In this document: piece by piece, positions 1 to 1,122 of the stretch | Layout of the letters: every line of letters begins with the position of its first letter | How positions within the stretch are numbered: position 1 is the first letter of the stretch | From: Naegleria gruberi | Lineage: Eukaryota | Reading direction: 5' to 3' (one strand) | Assembly: GCA_000004985.1 (NCBI GenBank) | Contig: GG739546.1 | Length of the DNA stretch: 1,122 nt | Program-made: the position numbers and the translations under genes | Notes under the pieces: model-generated | The model's input: the letters and a program-made list of their open reading frames with translations, nothing else | What the model was told of the DNA's origin: nothing | Databases searched by the model: none

Positions 1-10
1 CAATAAGTTT

Positions 11-165
11 TTGAAATATTCTTTTCTTAGTGAACTTTGCTTGCATCATAATTATTAAGTGAATTGTTTCAAGTAGATGGAAAGTGTTCTAAAATTGCTG
101 TAGATGGTAACATTCCGTTACAGCATAGTTAAATTCTAAGAAATGATTGAGATTTGTGATTTTTT
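11..165. repeat. Copy 1 of a diverged direct repeat of about 155 bp (partner at 326-481). It may extend beyond the left edge of the window.
   Basis: Hand alignment of 11-165 against 326-481 gives about 122 matches in 157 columns (about 78%) with 3 single-base indels. Perfect blocks: 67-83 = 382-398 (tttcaagtagatggaaa, 17/17); 129-137 = 444-452 (ttaaattct); 142-153 = 457-468 (aatgattgagat, 12/12). Confidence 0.8.
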
Positions 166-325
166 CACAACTGTTATCTTTTAAACAATGGTTGTCATCC
201 AACCCGATGTAAAAACGACTTGAAATTGTTTCAAATGAACGTGGAGTGGCTCAAACCCGTTGCTTCTTTTCAAAAAAGAGACTTATCCAACCTTTTGAAT
301 GAGAATGTATTAACTATACAACAAA
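166..325. repeat. Degenerate third copy of the same unit lying between the two good copies. Positions 11-481 thus look like a 3-monomer tandem array with a period of about 155-160 bp.
   Basis: Anchor matches to copy 1 at consistent offsets of about 151-162 bp: tctttt (20-25 vs 177-182); ttgcatca vs ttgtcatc (41-48 vs 192-199); gaattgtttcaa vs gaaattgtttcaa (61-72 vs 222-234, with a 10-bp exact core attgtttcaa); tctaaaattgct vs ctcaaacccgttgct (about 89-99 vs about 250-264). Overall identity is low, roughly 50-55% by eye. Confidence 0.3.
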
Positions 326-447
326 CTGAAATTTATTTTTTCTTACTGAACTTTTCTTACTTCACAATTATTAAGGAATTTTTTCAAGTAGATGGAAAAT
401 GTTCCAAACTCGATGGAAATGGTGGCAGTCCTTTAAAGTGTACTTAA
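220..447 (+). CDS. Hypothetical 75-codon ORF, probably spurious or a relic. It starts at TTG; the first ATG is at 235. Its C-terminal 26 codons are translated from repeat copy 2.
   Basis: Only ORF in the six-frame track. There is no GGAGG-like ribosome-binding site upstream of either 220 or 235. The middle of the peptide is low-complexity and hydrophobic (EIYFFLLNFSYFTII), as expected from AT-rich non-coding DNA. The homologous frame in copy 1 is closed by a TAA at 49-51 and a TAA at 130-132. Confidence 0.12.
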   Translation: MKLFQMNVEWLKPVASFQKRDLSNLLNENVLTIQQTEIYFFLLNFSYFTIIKEFFQVDGKCSKLDGNGGSPLKCT

Positions 448-481
448 ATTCTCAATAATGATTGAGATCAGTCGATTTTGG
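326..481. repeat. Copy 2 of the diverged direct repeat of about 155 bp (partner at 11-165).
   Basis: Same alignment as for copy 1. The offset between copies is 315-316 bp. Both copies open with (c/t)tgaaat(a/t)tt and close with gattgagat...gatttt. Confidence 0.8.
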
Positions 482-494
482 GTTTGGGTTTGGG
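477..494. repeat. Perfect (TTTGGG)3 hexamer microsatellite, telomere-like and G-rich. With flanks it reads ttttgggtttgggtttgggtt (476-496).
   Basis: Read directly: tttggg tttggg tttggg at 477-494. It lies immediately after the end of repeat copy 2. Confidence 0.7.
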
Positions 495-509
495 TTAGAC
501 GAAAACCCA
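491..509. other. Short hairpin-capable inverted repeat: tgggtt (491-496), 7-nt loop agacgaa, aaccca (504-509).
   Basis: The reverse complement of aaccca is tgggtt, giving a 6-bp stem. There is no trailing T-run, so it is not a classic intrinsic terminator. Confidence 0.3.
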
Positions 510-654
510 TCGACGACTAACGAACGGCCAATATTGAGTATCTGAATTTCATATATGTCATTCAAATATAAATAAAAAGCTTATATTGTAACGAAGCAGT
601 CATATCTCAAAGTAGTTATAGAGATAATCAACTCTGATAAAATAAAAGTTAGGT

Positions 655-697
655 TTTCCCGGTATTACTCTATGAATATGGAGATCGCCGGTCTGGA
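655..697. other. Local GC-rich cluster in an AT-rich background with two CCGG(T) motifs (cccggt at 658-663 and gccggt at 687-692) spaced about 29 bp apart.
   Basis: ttttcccggtattactctatgaatatggagatcgccggtctgg. The two ccggt pentamers are direct repeats. CCGG is self-complementary, so a minimal 4-bp stem is possible. Function unknown. Confidence 0.25.
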
Positions 698-710
698 TTA
701 AATATATGTA

Positions 711-770
711 GTAGATATAAATATGAGTTGACTATATTCGCAAATAAATTTGAAAAATATCATTGCGTTC
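711..770. repeat. Degenerate AT-rich repeat, copy a (partner at 864-920).
   Basis: gtagatataaatatgagt (711-728) vs gtagatatatatatgaat (864-881) matches 16/18. The next 12 bp (tgactatattcg vs agatgatattat) still align at about 7/12. Similarity then decays to about 60-65% over roughly 60 bp. The offset is about 152 bp. Confidence 0.35.
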
Positions 771-863
771 AAAAATAATAAGGCACTTCCTGAAATATTA
801 AGATATTTACCCTAGTAGGTCTAAAATTTCAAAGTTGGGTTGAAATGTAAATTTTAGTATATT

Positions 864-920
864 GTAGATATATATATGAATAGATGATATTATGAATTAA
901 TCATGTTGAATCGGTGTATT
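864..920. repeat. Degenerate AT-rich repeat, copy b (partner at 711-770). It also shares atatatatga...gatgatatt with 1006-1032.
   Basis: See 711-770. In addition, atatatatga (870-879) plus gatgatatt (883-891) recur as atatatatga (1006-1015) plus gatgatatt (1024-1032). attgtaga recurs at 861-868 and 1035-1042. Confidence 0.35.
868..877. repeat. (AT)5 dinucleotide run. A second (AT)4 run lies at 1006-1013.
   Basis: atatatatat read directly at 868-877. Confidence 0.6.
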
Positions 921-1122
921 TAATAAGTTACAACATGTCTAAAAATTAACTTTTCAACATTTATTGTACTATAATATGAATGTTATTACAATCATCACTA
1001 ATCTCATATATATGATGTATAATGATGATATTCACATTGTAGAAGTGTTGGAAGTATAATATATGATATCCTTAGTATACTGTACTCATTCTACCTTAAT
1101 TGACCAAGATATTGAGCCATAC

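Noticed and set aside
283-291. TTATCCAAC, resembling the DnaA box TTATCCACA. It also resembles the core CCAACCT of the Tetrahymena chromosome-breakage sequence (TAAACCAACCTCTTT), within cttatccaaccttttg.
   Set aside because: A single imperfect DnaA-box-like 9-mer with no cluster of boxes is not evidence for an origin. The Cbs match is only the 7-bp core, and real Cbs elements are nearly invariant over 15 bp.
11-481. Considered whether the repeat copies are MITE or IS-like mobile elements with terminal inverted repeats and target-site duplications.
   Set aside because: The two ends of the unit (ttgaaatatt... and ...gattgagatttgtgatttt) are not inverted complements of each other. No flanking short direct duplications are recognisable. 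The copies abut or tandemly adjoin other copies, which fits tandem duplication better than transposition.
477-494. Considered that (TTTGGG)3 marks a true chromosome end or telomere.
   Set aside because: There are only three units, the tract is internal to the window, and unique sequence follows it. It is at most an interstitial telomere-like tract.
563-573. caaatataaat, whose reverse complement atttatatttg matches the yeast ARS consensus WTTTAYRTTTW at 10 of 11 positions.
   Set aside because: An AT-rich 11-mer is expected by chance. There is no supporting B-elements or CDE analysis, and the organism is unknown.
964-992. Possible sigma70-like promoter: ttgtac (964-969), N17, tacaat (987-992). 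Several other TTGnnn/TAnnnT pairs occur elsewhere (e.g. ttgaat at 295-300; ttgacc at 1100-1105 at the window edge).
   Set aside because: In DNA that is about 72% AT, such hexamer pairs occur by chance at high frequency. None has a strong -35 and -10 with correct spacing and an obvious downstream gene.
1-1122. Considered a CRISPR array, an rRNA or tRNA gene, and an intrinsic terminator.
   Set aside because: There are no short, regularly spaced identical repeats; the repeats here are about 155 bp and diverged. There is no GC-rich cloverleaf-capable segment of 70-90 bp. The only hairpin (491-509) lacks a downstream T-run on either strand.

Overview
This 1122-bp window is AT-rich (about 28% GC by eye) and essentially non-coding. 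Its main structure is a pair of diverged direct repeats of about 155 bp at 11-165 and 326-481, which are about 78% identical in my hand alignment and 315-316 bp apart. Between them at 166-325 sits a much more degenerate copy of the same unit. Positions 11-481 therefore read as three tandem monomers of about 155 bp. The 3' half (about 700-1060) also carries weaker degenerate repeats with a period of about 140-155 bp, plus (AT)n runs. Just after the second repeat there is a relatively GC-rich island at 476-530. It contains a perfect (TTTGGG)3 telomere-like hexamer run and a short hairpin. The only ORF in the track (220-447, + strand) starts at a TTG and has no Shine-Dalgarno sequence. Its N-terminus is translated from the degenerate middle copy and its C-terminus from repeat copy 2. 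I regard it as most likely spurious, or at best a relic. I see no rRNA, tRNA or CRISPR array, and no convincing promoter, terminator or mobile-element termini. I cannot tell the source organism. The nucleosome-length periodicity and the lack of coding capacity fit a eukaryotic satellite-like or intergenic region at least as well as a prokaryotic accessory region. I do not see evidence for a protein-coding 'system' in this window.
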